Origin: Planctomycetota bacterium
GTDB lineage: Bacteria; Planctomycetota; UBA1135; UBA2386
Assembly: GCA_965223545.1 (NCBI GenBank)
Contig: OZ245006.1
Coordinates: 4,896,001-4,960,000 of the forward strand
Direction: 5' to 3'
Length of the DNA stretch: 64,000 nucleotides
Part shown: positions 46,683-56,501 of the stretch, piece by piece
How the letters are laid out: each line of letters starts with the position of its first letter
Numbering within the stretch: the first letter of the stretch is position 1
Made by a program: the position numbers and the translations under genes
Notes under the pieces: generated by a model
What the model saw: the letters and a program-made list of their open reading frames with translations, nothing else
What the model was told of the DNA's origin: nothing
Database searches by the model: none

Positions 46683-49600
46683 ATGCCTCGCCGCCAAGAC
46701 CTCGAATCCATCCTGATCCTGGGTTCTGGGCCGATTGTGATCGGTCAGGCATGCGAATTCGACTACTCGGGCACGCAGGCCTGCAAGGCCCTGCGCGAAG
46801 AGGGTTACCGGGTCATCCTGATCAACAGCAACCCGGCGACGATCATGACGGATCCGGAGACCGCCGACCGGACCTACGTCGAACCGATCACGCCCGAGGT
46901 GGTGACCAAGATCATCGAGGCCGAGCGGCCCGACGCGGTCCTGCCGACGCTGGGTGGCCAGACCGCTCTCAATACGGCGATGCGGCTCGCCGATCTCGGC
47001 GTTCTGGAGAAATTCGGCGTCGAGATGATCGGCGCCAGCCGCGACGCGATCGAGAAGGCCGAGAGCCGCCAGCGCTTCGGTGAGGCGATGGCCAAGATCG
47101 GCCTCGAGATGCCCGCCGCCGGCCTCGCCTACAGCATGGAGGAGGCGCTGGCGGTGCTCGATCGGGTCGGGCTGCCCTGCGTGATCCGCCCGGGCTTCAC
47201 CCTGGGCGGCACCGGCGGCGGCGTCGCCTTCAACCTCGACGAGTTCAAGGAGATCTGCCGCCGGGGCCTCGACCTGTCCTTGAACAACGAGCTCTTGATC
47301 GAGGAATCGATCCTCGGCTGGAAGGAGTTCGAGCTCGAGGTGATGCGCGACCGCAAGGACAACGTCGTCATCATCTGCTCGATCGAGAACTTCGATCCGA
47401 TGGGGATCCACACCGGCGACTCGATCACGGTGGCGCCGGCGCAGACGCTGACCGACCGCGAGTACCAGCTGATGCGCGACGCCGCGATCAGGGTGATCCG
47501 CGAGATCGGCGTCGACACCGGCGGCAGCAACGTCCAGTTCGCCATCAACCCCGAAGACGGGCGGATGACGATCATCGAGATGAACCCGCGCGTGTCGCGC
47601 TCGTCGGCGCTGGCCAGCAAGGCGACCGGGTTCCCGATCGCCAAGATGGCGGCCAAGCTGGCGGTCGGCTACAGCCTGGACGAGATCCCCAACGACATCA
47701 CCAAGAAGACGCCGGCCTGTTTCGAGCCGACGATCGACTACTGCGTCGTCAAGTTCCCGCGCTGGACCTTCGAGAAGTTCCCCACCGCCGAGCCGGTGCT
47801 GACCACGCAGATGAAGTCGGTGGGCGAGGTGATGGCCATCGGCCGTACCTTCAAGGAGGCGCTGCAGAAGGCGATGCGTTCGCTGGAGACCGGCCGGACC
47901 GGTCTCGGCAACGAGCCGGGCCAGCCGCACGCCGCCGCTCGTGCCGTCAACTGCGACCCCGAGGTGATCCGCTCGCACCTCGCCAAGACCGGTCCCGACC
48001 GCATCGACTGGGTGCGCACCGGGCTGCTCAGCGGGATGACGCTGGAGGAGCTCTACGACTACACCAGGATCGACCGCTGGTTCCTCGATCAGATCATCGA
48101 GATCCTCGACTACGAGAGGGTGCTGGTCGAGCGCGGTGCTGCCGGGCTTGCCGCAATCGACGCCGACACCATGCGGCAGGCCAAGCGCCTCGGCTTCAGC
48201 GATCGGCAGATCGCCGCCGCCTGCGGCGCGGGTTGTGACGAGTGGCAGGTGCGACGACACCGGCTGTCGCAGGGCATCAAGCCGGTCTACAAGCTGGTCG
48301 ACACCTGCGCGGCCGAGTTCGAGGCCTACACGCCGTACTACTACTCGACCTACGAGGGCGAGGACGAGGCGCGCGTCGATCCCGATCGGCAGCGCGTGAT
48401 GGTTCTCGGCGGCGGGCCCAACCGCATCGGGCAGGGCATCGAGTTCGACTACTGCTGTGTGCACGCGGCGTTCGCCCTCAGCGAGCGCGGCTACGAGACC
48501 GTGATGGTCAACAGCAACCCCGAGACCGTGTCGACCGACTTCGACACCTCGGATCTGTTGTTCTTCGAGCCGCTGACCCACGAGGACGTCCTCAACATCG
48601 TCGACCGGATCTCGCCCAAGGGGATCATCGTGCAATTCGGTGGGCAGACGCCGCTGAACTTGGCGCGCGGCTTGGCCGACGCCGGGGCACCCTTGGTCGG
48701 CACGTCGGTGGGCTCGATCGAGGCGGCCGAAGACCGCGATCTGTTCGCCCGCGTCGTCGAGGAGCTCGATCTGCGCCAGCCGCCCAACGGCATGGCCGCC
48801 GACGTCGAGGCGGCGGTCGAGATCGCGGGCCGCTTGGGGTATCCGGTGCTGGCGCGGCCGAGCTTCGTGCTCGGCGGGCGCGCGATGGAGATCGTCTACG
48901 ACGAGGCGGACCTGCGGCGCTACATGCGCGACAACGGTGCCGAAGTCTCCGCCGAGCGGCCGGTGCTCGTCGACCGCTTCTTGGAGGGCGCCATCGAGGT
49001 CGATGTCGATGCCATCTCGGACGGTGAGACCGTGGTGGTGGGCGGCATCATGGAGCACATCGAGGAGGCCGGGATCCACTCCGGCGACTCCAGCTGCTCG
49101 CTGCCGCCCTACACCCTCAGCGACGCCATCCTCGCCGAGATCGAGCGCGCCACCGAGAAGCTGGCGCGCCGGTTGGAGGTGGTCGGTCTGATGAACGTCC
49201 AGTACGCGGTCAAGGGCGCCAACGTCTACCTGATCGAGGCCAACCCGCGCGCCTCGCGCACCGTGCCGTTCGTCAGCAAGGCGATCGGCCGGCCGCTGGC
49301 GAAGATGGCGGCGCGGGCGATGCTCGGCGACCGACTGGCCGACATGGGGTTCACCGAGCCGATCGTGCCAACGCACTTCAGCGTCAAGGCGCCGGTGTTC
49401 CCGTTCAACAAGTTCCCCGGCGTCGACACCCTGCTCGGCCCGGAGATGAAGTCGACGGGCGAGGTGATGGGGATCGACGCGAGCTTCGGGCCCGCGTTCG
49501 CCAAGGCGCAGCTGGGCGCCGGCATCGACCTACCTGCCTCGGGCTCGGTGTTCATCTCGGTGCGGGACGAAGACAAGCGGCTGATCCTCTCGTTGGCCAC

Positions 49601-49934
49601 GCGCCTGCACCACCTCGGCTTCAAGATCCTCGCCACCTCGGGCACGGCGCGCGCGCTGGTCAACGCCGGCATCCCGGCCGAGCGCGTGCGCAAAGTGCAC
49701 GAGGGGCGGCCGCACGTCGTCGACATGATCAAGAACCGGCAGGTCGCGTTGATCATCAACACGCCGTCGGGCCGCATCGAGCGCAGCGACGACCGGCTGA
49801 TCCGATCGAGCGCGGTGTCGTTCAAGGTGCCGTGCATCACCACGTTGGCGGCGGCGTCGGCGACCATCCAGGGGATGGAGTGGCTCGCCAAGCAACCCCT
49901 CGGCGTGAAGCCGCTGCAGGCCTACCACGACTGA
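46683..49934 (+). CDS. carB: Carbamoyl-phosphate synthase large subunit
   Basis: [60 protein letters not shown] and a C-terminal MGS domain. Confidence 0.98.
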   Translation: MPRRQDLESILILGSGPIVIGQACEFDYSGTQACKALREEGYRVILINSNPATIMTDPETADRTYVEPITPEVVTKIIEAERPDAVLPTLGGQTALNTAMRLADLGVLEKFGVEMIGASRDAIEKAESRQRFGEAMAKIGLEMPAAGLAYSMEEALAVLDRVGLPCVIRPGFTLGGTGGGVAFNLDEFKEICRRGLDLSLNNELLIEESILGWKEFELEVMRDRKDNVVIICSIENFDPMGIHTGDSITVAPAQTLTDREYQLMRDAAIRVIREIGVDTGGSNVQFAINPEDGRMTIIEMNPRVSRSSALASKATGFPIAKMAAKLAVGYSLDEIPNDITKKTPACFEPTIDYCVVKFPRWTFEKFPTAEPVLTTQMKSVGEVMAIGRTFKEALQKAMRSLETGRTGLGNEPGQPHAAARAVNCDPEVIRSHLAKTGPDRIDWVRTGLLSGMTLEELYDYTRIDRWFLDQIIEILDYERVLVERGAAGLAAIDADTMRQAKRLGFSDRQIAAACGAGCDEWQVRRHRLSQGIKPVYKLVDTCAAEFEAYTPYYYSTYEGEDEARVDPDRQRVMVLGGGPNRIGQGIEFDYCCVHAAFALSERGYETVMVNSNPETVSTDFDTSDLLFFEPLTHEDVLNIVDRISPKGIIVQFGGQTPLNLARGLADAGAPLVGTSVGSIEAAEDRDLFARVVEELDLRQPPNGMAADVEAAVEIAGRLGYPVLARPSFVLGGRAMEIVYDEADLRRYMRDNGAEVSAERPVLVDRFLEGAIEVDVDAISDGETVVVGGIMEHIEEAGIHSGDSSCSLPPYTLSDAILAEIERATEKLARRLEVVGLMNVQYAVKGANVYLIEANPRASRTVPFVSKAIGRPLAKMAARAMLGDRLADMGFTEPIVPTHFSVKAPVFPFNKFPGVDTLLGPEMKSTGEVMGIDASFGPAFAKAQLGAGIDLPASGSVFISVRDEDKRLILSLATRLHHLGFKILATSGTARALVNAGIPAERVRKVHEGRPHVVDMIKNRQVALIINTPSGRIERSDDRLIRSSAVSFKVPCITTLAAASATIQGMEWLAKQPLGVKPLQAYHD

Positions 49935-49980
49935 ACGCGCTGGGACGCGGCGAGCCCGTCGTCTACCATCCGTCGCTGCG

Positions 49981-51270
49981 ATGAGCGTCCATGAATCGAC
50001 GTGTCCCGGCCACGACTCCAAGTTGGCCAGCACCGTGGCGGAGTTTTGCGTCAGCGAGCCTTCGGTGGCGGCGACCGAGAAGGCGACCGGGGTGCCGAGC
50101 GTTCCGGCCTGGCGACGGTTGACCGAGGTCGGCACGACCCTCTGGCTGGATACCGGCGACCTCGATGCCGCGCGGGCGCTGTGGGCGGCCGAGTTCGAGG
50201 CGTTGACCACCAACAACACCCTGTTGAACAACGAGGTGCAGAAGGGGATCTACGACGCCCTGGTCCCCCGCGCCGCTGCCCTGTTGAAGGACGCCGAGAC
50301 CGGGCTCGACGACGGTCTCCTGGTGCAGGAGATCGCCTTCATCCTCAATGCCGTGCACGGCCTCAAGCTGGTCCGGGCGTTCGATGCCGACGTCAGCGTC
50401 GAGCTGCACACCAACTTGGCGCGCGACGCCGAGGCCAGCTACCGCTATGGCAAGCGCTACGCGGCGATCTGCCCGCAGCGCTTCATCGTCAAGGTGCCGC
50501 TGACGCCGGAGGGGGTGTTGGCGGCGCGGCGGCTGCACGACGACGGCGTGCGCATCAACTTCACGTTGGGATTCTCGGCGCGCGAGAACTACCTGATCGG
50601 TGCGGTGGCGCGGCCGGATTGGGTCAACGTCTTCATGGGACGCTGCAACGCCTTCGTCGCCGGCGCCGGCCTCGGCAGTGGGGACAACGTGGGCGAAAAG
50701 GCCACGCTCGCCAGCCAGCGGCTGATGCGCCGTTTGCGCGATGAGCGCGGCTGCGACGTGCGCCAGATCGGCGCGTCGATGCGCAACGGCGACCAGGCCT
50801 TCGACCTCGCGGGACTCGACGTCTACACCATGCCCACCGCGGTCGCTGCGGCGTACCTCGAGCGCGATCCCGATCCCGCCGACGTCGAGGATCGCACCGC
50901 AGCCGATCCGGTCGTGGAGTTGAGCGAGGGGCGCTCCGCCGAGGCCGAGGGCCTGGATGCGCTGTGGACGCTGAGCGATTCGTTCGCGGCCGCGGTCCAC
51001 CAGCTCGCCGAGGTGGATGCGCGGGTTTTCACCGGCGCGGAGATGCTCGGTCTGCTGCGCGATCACGGTGCCGGGGATCTGTTTGCCGAGCTGTCGGGCG
51101 ACGAGGCCGCGCGCATCGCGGCGGACGGCAAGATCCCCGCCTACGCCCCGTGGATCGAACGGGTCCGGGCCAAGACCGCCAGCTGGGACGGGCTGCTGAC
51201 CGACGCCGCGCTGGCGAGCTTCACCGCCGACCAGGCGGCACTCGACCAGCGCATCCGCGGTCTGCTGTAG
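49981..51270 (+). CDS. Transaldolase family protein
   Basis: LWLDTGD, ALTTNNTL, VSVEL, IVKVP (Schiff-base Lys), INFTLGFS, GASMR. Confidence 0.85.
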   Translation: MSVHESTCPGHDSKLASTVAEFCVSEPSVAATEKATGVPSVPAWRRLTEVGTTLWLDTGDLDAARALWAAEFEALTTNNTLLNNEVQKGIYDALVPRAAALLKDAETGLDDGLLVQEIAFILNAVHGLKLVRAFDADVSVELHTNLARDAEASYRYGKRYAAICPQRFIVKVPLTPEGVLAARRLHDDGVRINFTLGFSARENYLIGAVARPDWVNVFMGRCNAFVAGAGLGSGDNVGEKATLASQRLMRRLRDERGCDVRQIGASMRNGDQAFDLAGLDVYTMPTAVAAAYLERDPDPADVEDRTAADPVVELSEGRSAEAEGLDALWTLSDSFAAAVHQLAEVDARVFTGAEMLGLLRDHGAGDLFAELSGDEAARIAADGKIPAYAPWIERVRAKTASWDGLLTDAALASFTADQAALDQRIRGLL

Positions 51271-51287
51271 CGGCCGGGTCGGCGCCG

Positions 51288-51977
51288 CTACTCGGTGACG
51301 ATCGGTGGTGCGCGCAGATCCACCGGCTCGCGCGCTGCGTCGGCGACGGCCGCGAGGTAGCGGTGTCGCGGCCAGTCGACCGCGCCCATCGAGCGCAGGT
51401 GCGGGGTGGTGAACTGCACGTCGAACAGGCGGATCCCCGCGCCATACACCGTGTGTACGCACGCGACCAGCGCCACCTTTGACGCGCCGGTCACCGTGTG
51501 GAACTTCGATTCGGCGGCGAACAAGCCGCCGCGCTGCACGCCGTAGATGCCGCCGACCAGCGCGCCGTCACGCCAGACTTCGAGGCTGTGGGCATCGCCG
51601 TCGCGGTGCAGCTGCAGGTAGGCGGCGATCATCTCCGGCAGGATCCACGTGCCGTCGAGCCGGGCGGTGGCGCAGCCGCGGATCACGTCGGCGAAGGCGC
51701 GATTCCACGTCAGCTCGAACTCGCCGCGGCGCAGCTGCCGCCGCAGACTGCGTGAGACGTGCAGCTGCTCGAACGGCAGCACGCCGCGCGGATCGGGGCT
51801 CCACCACAACGGCGGCACCGATGCGTCGAACCACGGGAAGATGCCGCGCTCGTAGGCCGCGCGCAGGCGCTGCGGTGACAGGTCGCCGCCGACGGCGACC
51901 AACCCGTCGGCGTCGGCAGCGTGCGGGTCGGCGAACGCGATTCTGCCCCCGGGCTCGAGATACACGGGAAGTGGCAC
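51288..51977 (-). CDS. aat: Leucyl/phenylalanyl-tRNA--protein transferase
   Basis: GLVAVGGDLS, AYERGIFPW, WWSPDPRG, AHSLEVW, LVGGIYG, FAAESKF, ASKVAL. Confidence 0.95.
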   Translation of the reverse strand: MPLPVYLEPGGRIAFADPHAADADGLVAVGGDLSPQRLRAAYERGIFPWFDASVPPLWWSPDPRGVLPFEQLHVSRSLRRQLRRGEFELTWNRAFADVIRGCATARLDGTWILPEMIAAYLQLHRDGDAHSLEVWRDGALVGGIYGVQRGGLFAAESKFHTVTGASKVALVACVHTVYGAGIRLFDVQFTTPHLRSMGAVDWPRHRYLAAVADAAREPVDLRAPPIVTE

Positions 51978-51990
51978 GGTGCGGTCTCAT

Positions 51991-53001
51991 TCAGCCGGGC
52001 CGGTCGCGCCGGCGGCGCAGCGTGGTGTACTGCTCCTCCCGGTCGACGAGCTCGACGAACTCGGCGGTGCCCTGATCGTGCAGCTTGAACAGGACTCGCA
52101 GTTTCCGCGCGGCGCGGAGACTCCACAGCGCGCTGGCTTCGAGTCGCTTGACCTCGAGCCCGGGGTAGCTGGGGCCCTCGACGCAGAACAGCAACACCGC
52201 GTGCACGGCTTGCGCGATCGCGCGCCGGTCCTTGCCCTCGAGTGACTTGTAGAACGACGGTGCCAACACCGGCAGCCGGAAAGTGTCCGGCACGGGCGGT
52301 GGGGGGGGCGGTGGCTCCTTCTTGCGCCGGCCCTTCGGCAGCGCGGCGTGCAGCTTCTCGACTTCTTGTTCGAGAGTGCGGATCCGCGCTGCCTGCGCTG
52401 CGGCGCGCCGTCGCTGGTCTTGTTCGGCTTCTTCGAGCGTGCCGAGGTCGCGCAGCGCCTCGTGCAGGCGGTGGTGCACGTCGTCGTCGCCGGAGTTGTT
52501 CGGGTTCGGTGCCGCACTCTCGCGCAGCGCCTGCAGCTCGGCCCGTCGCCGGGCGCCGGTTGCGCGCTCGTGGTCGAGGTCGCGCTGTAGCTCGGCCTCG
52601 CGCTCGCGATGCCGGGCGGCGGTCGTGCGCGCGCGTTCGACTTCGCGCTGCAGGCGATCGATCTCGGCCTGCTTGTGCGCCAAGGCCCGCTCGTGCTGCT
52701 CGACGCGCTCGGTGGCCGGTGGCTTGTGCTGCTTCTTGGCCGCGCCTCCGAGATGCGCGACGAGGGCGGCACAGACGGCGTCGAGCTGCTCGACGTCATC
52801 GGAGGTGGTGAGCAGCTTGGCCAGCGCTGGCGCCGAGGCGCGTTCGACGCGGAAGCCCTTCGGTGCCACGCCGAAGCGGGCCGCGACCTCGCGCAGCGCG
52901 GCGACCGGAACCAGCGACACCAGCAGTGTCGCCAGCGGCACCGCGCCGCCGCCCTTGAGCGCTTGAGCGGACAGCTCGGCGGGGTCGAGGGGCTTGGTCA
53001 C
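51991..53001 (-). CDS. Hypothetical protein: helical N-terminus, coiled coil, poly-Pro linker and RelE/ParE-like C-terminal domain
   Basis: Heptad-rich E/R/Q region, PPPPPP linker, then FYKSLE...PSYPGLEVKRLE..LWSLRAARKLRVLF. Confidence 0.7.
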   Translation of the reverse strand: MTKPLDPAELSAQALKGGGAVPLATLLVSLVPVAALREVAARFGVAPKGFRVERASAPALAKLLTTSDDVEQLDAVCAALVAHLGGAAKKQHKPPATERVEQHERALAHKQAEIDRLQREVERARTTAARHREREAELQRDLDHERATGARRRAELQALRESAAPNPNNSGDDDVHHRLHEALRDLGTLEEAEQDQRRRAAAQAARIRTLEQEVEKLHAALPKGRRKKEPPPPPPPVPDTFRLPVLAPSFYKSLEGKDRRAIAQAVHAVLLFCVEGPSYPGLEVKRLEASALWSLRAARKLRVLFKLHDQGTAEFVELVDREEQYTTLRRRRDRPG

Positions 53002-53389
53002 GGCGGGCGTGGGGTCGGGTGCGAGGGAAGCTCAGCGCGGCCACGGCCGCAACCAAACTCGGATGCCGTTCTCGCCGGAGCGGGTTGCAAGGTCTGACAC
53101 ATCCGCCGCCGCGCTGAGCGCAGACGCCAGTGTTGCTTCTCCGCGTCCGGGAGTTGTGGTATGGAACTCGTGACGATAACCGGCCTTCGGAAGTGTTGTA
53201 GCCGCTCGACGATTCGAGGCGCCGGAGGCTTGGCACGCTCGGCGCTGGCGCGCCGCGCGTCAATAGGGCGGAGTCGAAACCGCGGCGCCGCGACTTCGGC
53301 GCAGCGCGGCGTTGGTGCGCGACGCCGGCGGCGGCACAATCGGGCGCGTCCCTCCCTCCCGTTTCGCACCCTCACGGGGCCGGTCCGCG

Positions 53390-54589
53390 ATGCTGCGCCT
53401 GAGCACGATGATGTTCCTCCAGTTCTTCATCTGGGGGAGTTGGTTCGTCACCACCGCGACCTACATGACGGCGCGGGGGTGGGACGGCGAGATGATCGGC
53501 AACGTCTACACGATGGGGCCGATCGCCGCCGTCGTGGCGCCGATCTTCCTCGGCTTGATCGCCGACCGATTCTTCGCCAGCCAAGTCGTGCTCGGGGTCC
53601 TGCACGTGGTCGGTGGCGCGATCATGCTGGCGGTGCCCTCGCTGGCGACCGACGCGGAGACCTTCGTGCTGTGCGTGCTGGTCTACATGCTGTGCTACAT
53701 GCCCACCCTGGGCCTCACCAACACGATCGCGTTCCACAACATCGTGGACCGCGAGAAGCAGTTTCCGATGGTGCGGGTGTTCGGCACGATCGGTTGGATC
53801 GCGGCCGGTTACCTGGTCAGCAAAGTGCTGAAGGCGGACTACACCGCCACGCAGTACTACGTGGCCGGCGGCGCGTCGATCGCGCTGGGCGTGTTCAGCT
53901 TCGTCTTGCCGAACACGCCGCCGCCGGCGAAGGGCAAGAAGGTGTCGCTGGCGGAGACGTTCGGTCTCGGCGCGCTGCCGCTGCTGCGCTCGCCGGCGTT
54001 CGCCGTGTTCATCGTCTGCTCCTGGCTGATCTGCATCCCGCTCGCCGGCTACTACAGCTTCGGCAACCTCTTCGCCGGCACCGAGTTCGCCGAGCCGGCC
54101 AGCGTGATGATCTGGGGCCAGGTGGCAGAGGTCGTCTTCATGGTGCTGATGCCGTTGTTCTTCGCGCGCTTGGGCGTCAAGTGGATGCTCGCGGTCGGCA
54201 TGCTGGCGTGGGTCGCCCGCTACGGCCTGTTCAGCGGTGCCGCCGACGGCGGGGTGGCGTGGATGATCGTCGCCGGCATCCTGCTGCACGGGATCTGCTA
54301 CGACTTCTTCTTCGTCACCGGACAGATCTACGTCGACAAGCGCTGCTCTCCCGAAGTGCGCGGGCAGGCGCAGAGCTTCCTCGTGGTCGTGACCCAGGGC
54401 TTGGGACTGGGGATCGGCGCGCAGCTGATGGGGCGCAGCCACGCCGCCTTGACCACCGGCGAGGGTGACGCTGCCGTCACCGACTGGACCACGTTCTGGT
54501 GGCAGCCGGCGTTGGGCGCCGCCGTGGTCCTCGTGCTGTTCGTGCTGCTGTTCCGCGACCGCAGCGTCGAGGAAGCGCGCGCCGGGTAA
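53390..54589 (+). CDS. MFS nucleoside:H+ symporter family (NupG/YegT-like)
   Basis: RLSTMMFLQFFIWGSW, GLIADRFF, YMPT, FPMVRVFGTIGWI, GQVAE, LHGICYDFFFVTGQIYVD. Confidence 0.93.
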   Translation: MLRLSTMMFLQFFIWGSWFVTTATYMTARGWDGEMIGNVYTMGPIAAVVAPIFLGLIADRFFASQVVLGVLHVVGGAIMLAVPSLATDAETFVLCVLVYMLCYMPTLGLTNTIAFHNIVDREKQFPMVRVFGTIGWIAAGYLVSKVLKADYTATQYYVAGGASIALGVFSFVLPNTPPPAKGKKVSLAETFGLGALPLLRSPAFAVFIVCSWLICIPLAGYYSFGNLFAGTEFAEPASVMIWGQVAEVVFMVLMPLFFARLGVKWMLAVGMLAWVARYGLFSGAADGGVAWMIVAGILLHGICYDFFFVTGQIYVDKRCSPEVRGQAQSFLVVVTQGLGLGIGAQLMGRSHAALTTGEGDAAVTDWTTFWWQPALGAAVVLVLFVLLFRDRSVEEARAG

Positions 54590-54618
54590 GCCGGCCGCGC
54601 GCCGCTCGCGCGCGATCG

Positions 54619-54978
54619 CTACTTGGCGGGCACGTTGAGTGCCAGCACCTTGGCCTCGGTGCCCTTCGAGAACTCGTCCTTACAGTGCGGCGAGCACAGG
54701 TGCAGCGTGTAGCCCTCGTACTCGAGCGCGTTCTCGGCCTTGCCGTCCATACCGAGCGCGCAGTTGGCGCAGCGGCCGACCGTCTGGTCCTCGGTGCCGT
54801 CGAGGGCGTCGGCCTTGGCGAGGATGGCGCCGACCGGACTCGGCACTTCGCCACTGGCGGCGGGCTGCGAGGCGGGGGCCGGATCCGGTGCCGGAGCGCC
54901 GCTCTCGGTCTCCGGTGAGCAGGCGGCCAGCGCGAGGGCACCGGCCAAAGGGAGGGCGAGGAGGGTGTTGAATCGCAT
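54619..54978 (-). CDS. Small lipoprotein with a YHS/TRASH-like Cys motif
   Basis: Lipobox LAAC, then CANCALGM...YEGYTLHLCSPHCKDEF. Confidence 0.75.
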   Translation of the reverse strand: MRFNTLLALPLAGALALAACSPETESGAPAPDPAPASQPAASGEVPSPVGAILAKADALDGTEDQTVGRCANCALGMDGKAENALEYEGYTLHLCSPHCKDEFSKGTEAKVLALNVPAK

Positions 54979-55069
54979 CGTTCGTGGTCTCGGGTGCAGG
55001 TCGGTGGGCATCGCAGTCATAGCGTGGTGGCCACGTCCCGTCCAACCGCCTGGTAGACTGCGCGGGCCT

Positions 55070-56422
55070 GTGACTGTCGCGCGATTCAATTCCCGGTGCC
55101 GCCGTGTGCAGCTGGCACCGGTGCTGCTGGTGGGTGCCTTGGTCGTGCCGCTGGCAGCGCCACTGGCGGCGCAGGACGCGCCGCGGCGCTGCGGTACGCG
55201 GCCGACGGCGGCGCGCGCCGCCGCGTCGTTGCCGCCGACGGGTGCCGCTCGGCTGCACACCGGTGCCCAGGACTGCTCCGATGCGATCACCCGACCGCTC
55301 GAGCGCTACCGCCCCGGCCCGCGCTTTCGCATCCCGGTGGTCGTGCACGTGATCTCGGCCACCAACGGGAGCGGCAGTCTGCCCGATGCCCGCATCCACA
55401 GTCAGGTGCGCGTGCTCAACGAGGACTTCGGCGCGCTGCCCGGAAGTCCGGGGGCGCTCGGCGCCGACTCCGGCCTGGAGTTCTACTTGGCGCGCGTCGA
55501 CCCCGCCGGCAACCCGACCAGCGGCATCACCCGCTCGGTCAACAACACGTGGTTCGCCGACGCGGGCGCCTACTACGACAGCCTGGCCTGGGACCCGTCG
55601 CGCTACCTCAACATCTACACCAACAACATCGGCAGCTTCGGCATTCTCGGCTACGTGCCCGCGCTGCCGGCCAGCGGCGGCCTGGTCGGCGCGAACGAGG
55701 ACCGCGTAGTGGTCCACTACGACGTGTTCGGCGTCAACCCGCTGGCATCGCCGTTCGGCGCCGGCCGGACCGCGACGCACGAGATCGGCCACTACTTGGG
55801 CCTGTTCCACCCGCACGACTTCGGCTGCGGCACCGCGGCGTGCTACACGAGTGGCGATCGCATCTGCGATACGCCGCCGCAGGCCGTGTTCGCCAGTGGC
55901 TGCCCGGCGAGCGGCACCTCGTGTGGCACGCCGGACCCGGTGCGCAACTACATGGGCTATGTCGACGACCTCTGCATGTGGGAGTTCACGCCGGAGCAAG
56001 TCCGCCGCATGCGCTGCACGCTCGAGCACTGGCGCTCGCAGCTGTTGACCGGCAGCGCGCTGGCGCGCCCGCGCAGCGAGGGCAACCCGTCGAGCTTCAC
56101 GGCGCAAGCGCCGGTGCTCGGCGGCGTGATGGCGCTCACCGTCGACCCATCGGTCACCGGCCACGGCTCTGCCGCGGTCTTCGCCTACGCGGCACCGGCC
56201 TCGGCGCCGTGGTTGGGCTATCAGCTGTTGGTCGACGTGACCGCGCCGCCGGGTGAGCTGTTGGGGCTGCCGCCGGGAACCGGTGCTCCTCTGCAGTGGA
56301 CTTTTGCGATCCCGAACGTGCCCGTGCTGGTCGGGGTCACGATGTTCGCCCAAGCGGCGCACTTCGGCCTTGCCCCGGGCGTCGCGCTGAGCAACGCGCA
56401 GGATCTGACGATCGGCTACTGA
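55070..56422 (+). CDS. Secreted M43 (pappalysin/ulilysin-like) zinc metalloprotease with the shared C-terminal domain
   Basis: RRCGT cysteine switch, IPVVVHVI, WDPSRYLNIY, GRTATHEIGHYLGLFH, ICDTP, NYMGY Met-turn. Ends IPNVPVLVG..MFAQ...LSNAQDLTIGY. Start at 55070 or 55106. Confidence 0.9.
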   Translation: MTVARFNSRCRRVQLAPVLLVGALVVPLAAPLAAQDAPRRCGTRPTAARAAASLPPTGAARLHTGAQDCSDAITRPLERYRPGPRFRIPVVVHVISATNGSGSLPDARIHSQVRVLNEDFGALPGSPGALGADSGLEFYLARVDPAGNPTSGITRSVNNTWFADAGAYYDSLAWDPSRYLNIYTNNIGSFGILGYVPALPASGGLVGANEDRVVVHYDVFGVNPLASPFGAGRTATHEIGHYLGLFHPHDFGCGTAACYTSGDRICDTPPQAVFASGCPASGTSCGTPDPVRNYMGYVDDLCMWEFTPEQVRRMRCTLEHWRSQLLTGSALARPRSEGNPSSFTAQAPVLGGVMALTVDPSVTGHGSAAVFAYAAPASAPWLGYQLLVDVTAPPGELLGLPPGTGAPLQWTFAIPNVPVLVGVTMFAQAAHFGLAPGVALSNAQDLTIGY

Positions 56423-56501
56423 CGCCCGCGCGGTCGGTGGTCGCGCCGATCGTGCCCTTTACGCGCGCCGGCACGCCGCCCATGCTCTGTCGCCAAACCC
56501 G

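Noticed and set aside
53230..53247. TTGGCACG possible sigma-54 -24 box
   Set aside because: No TTGC at the -12 position.
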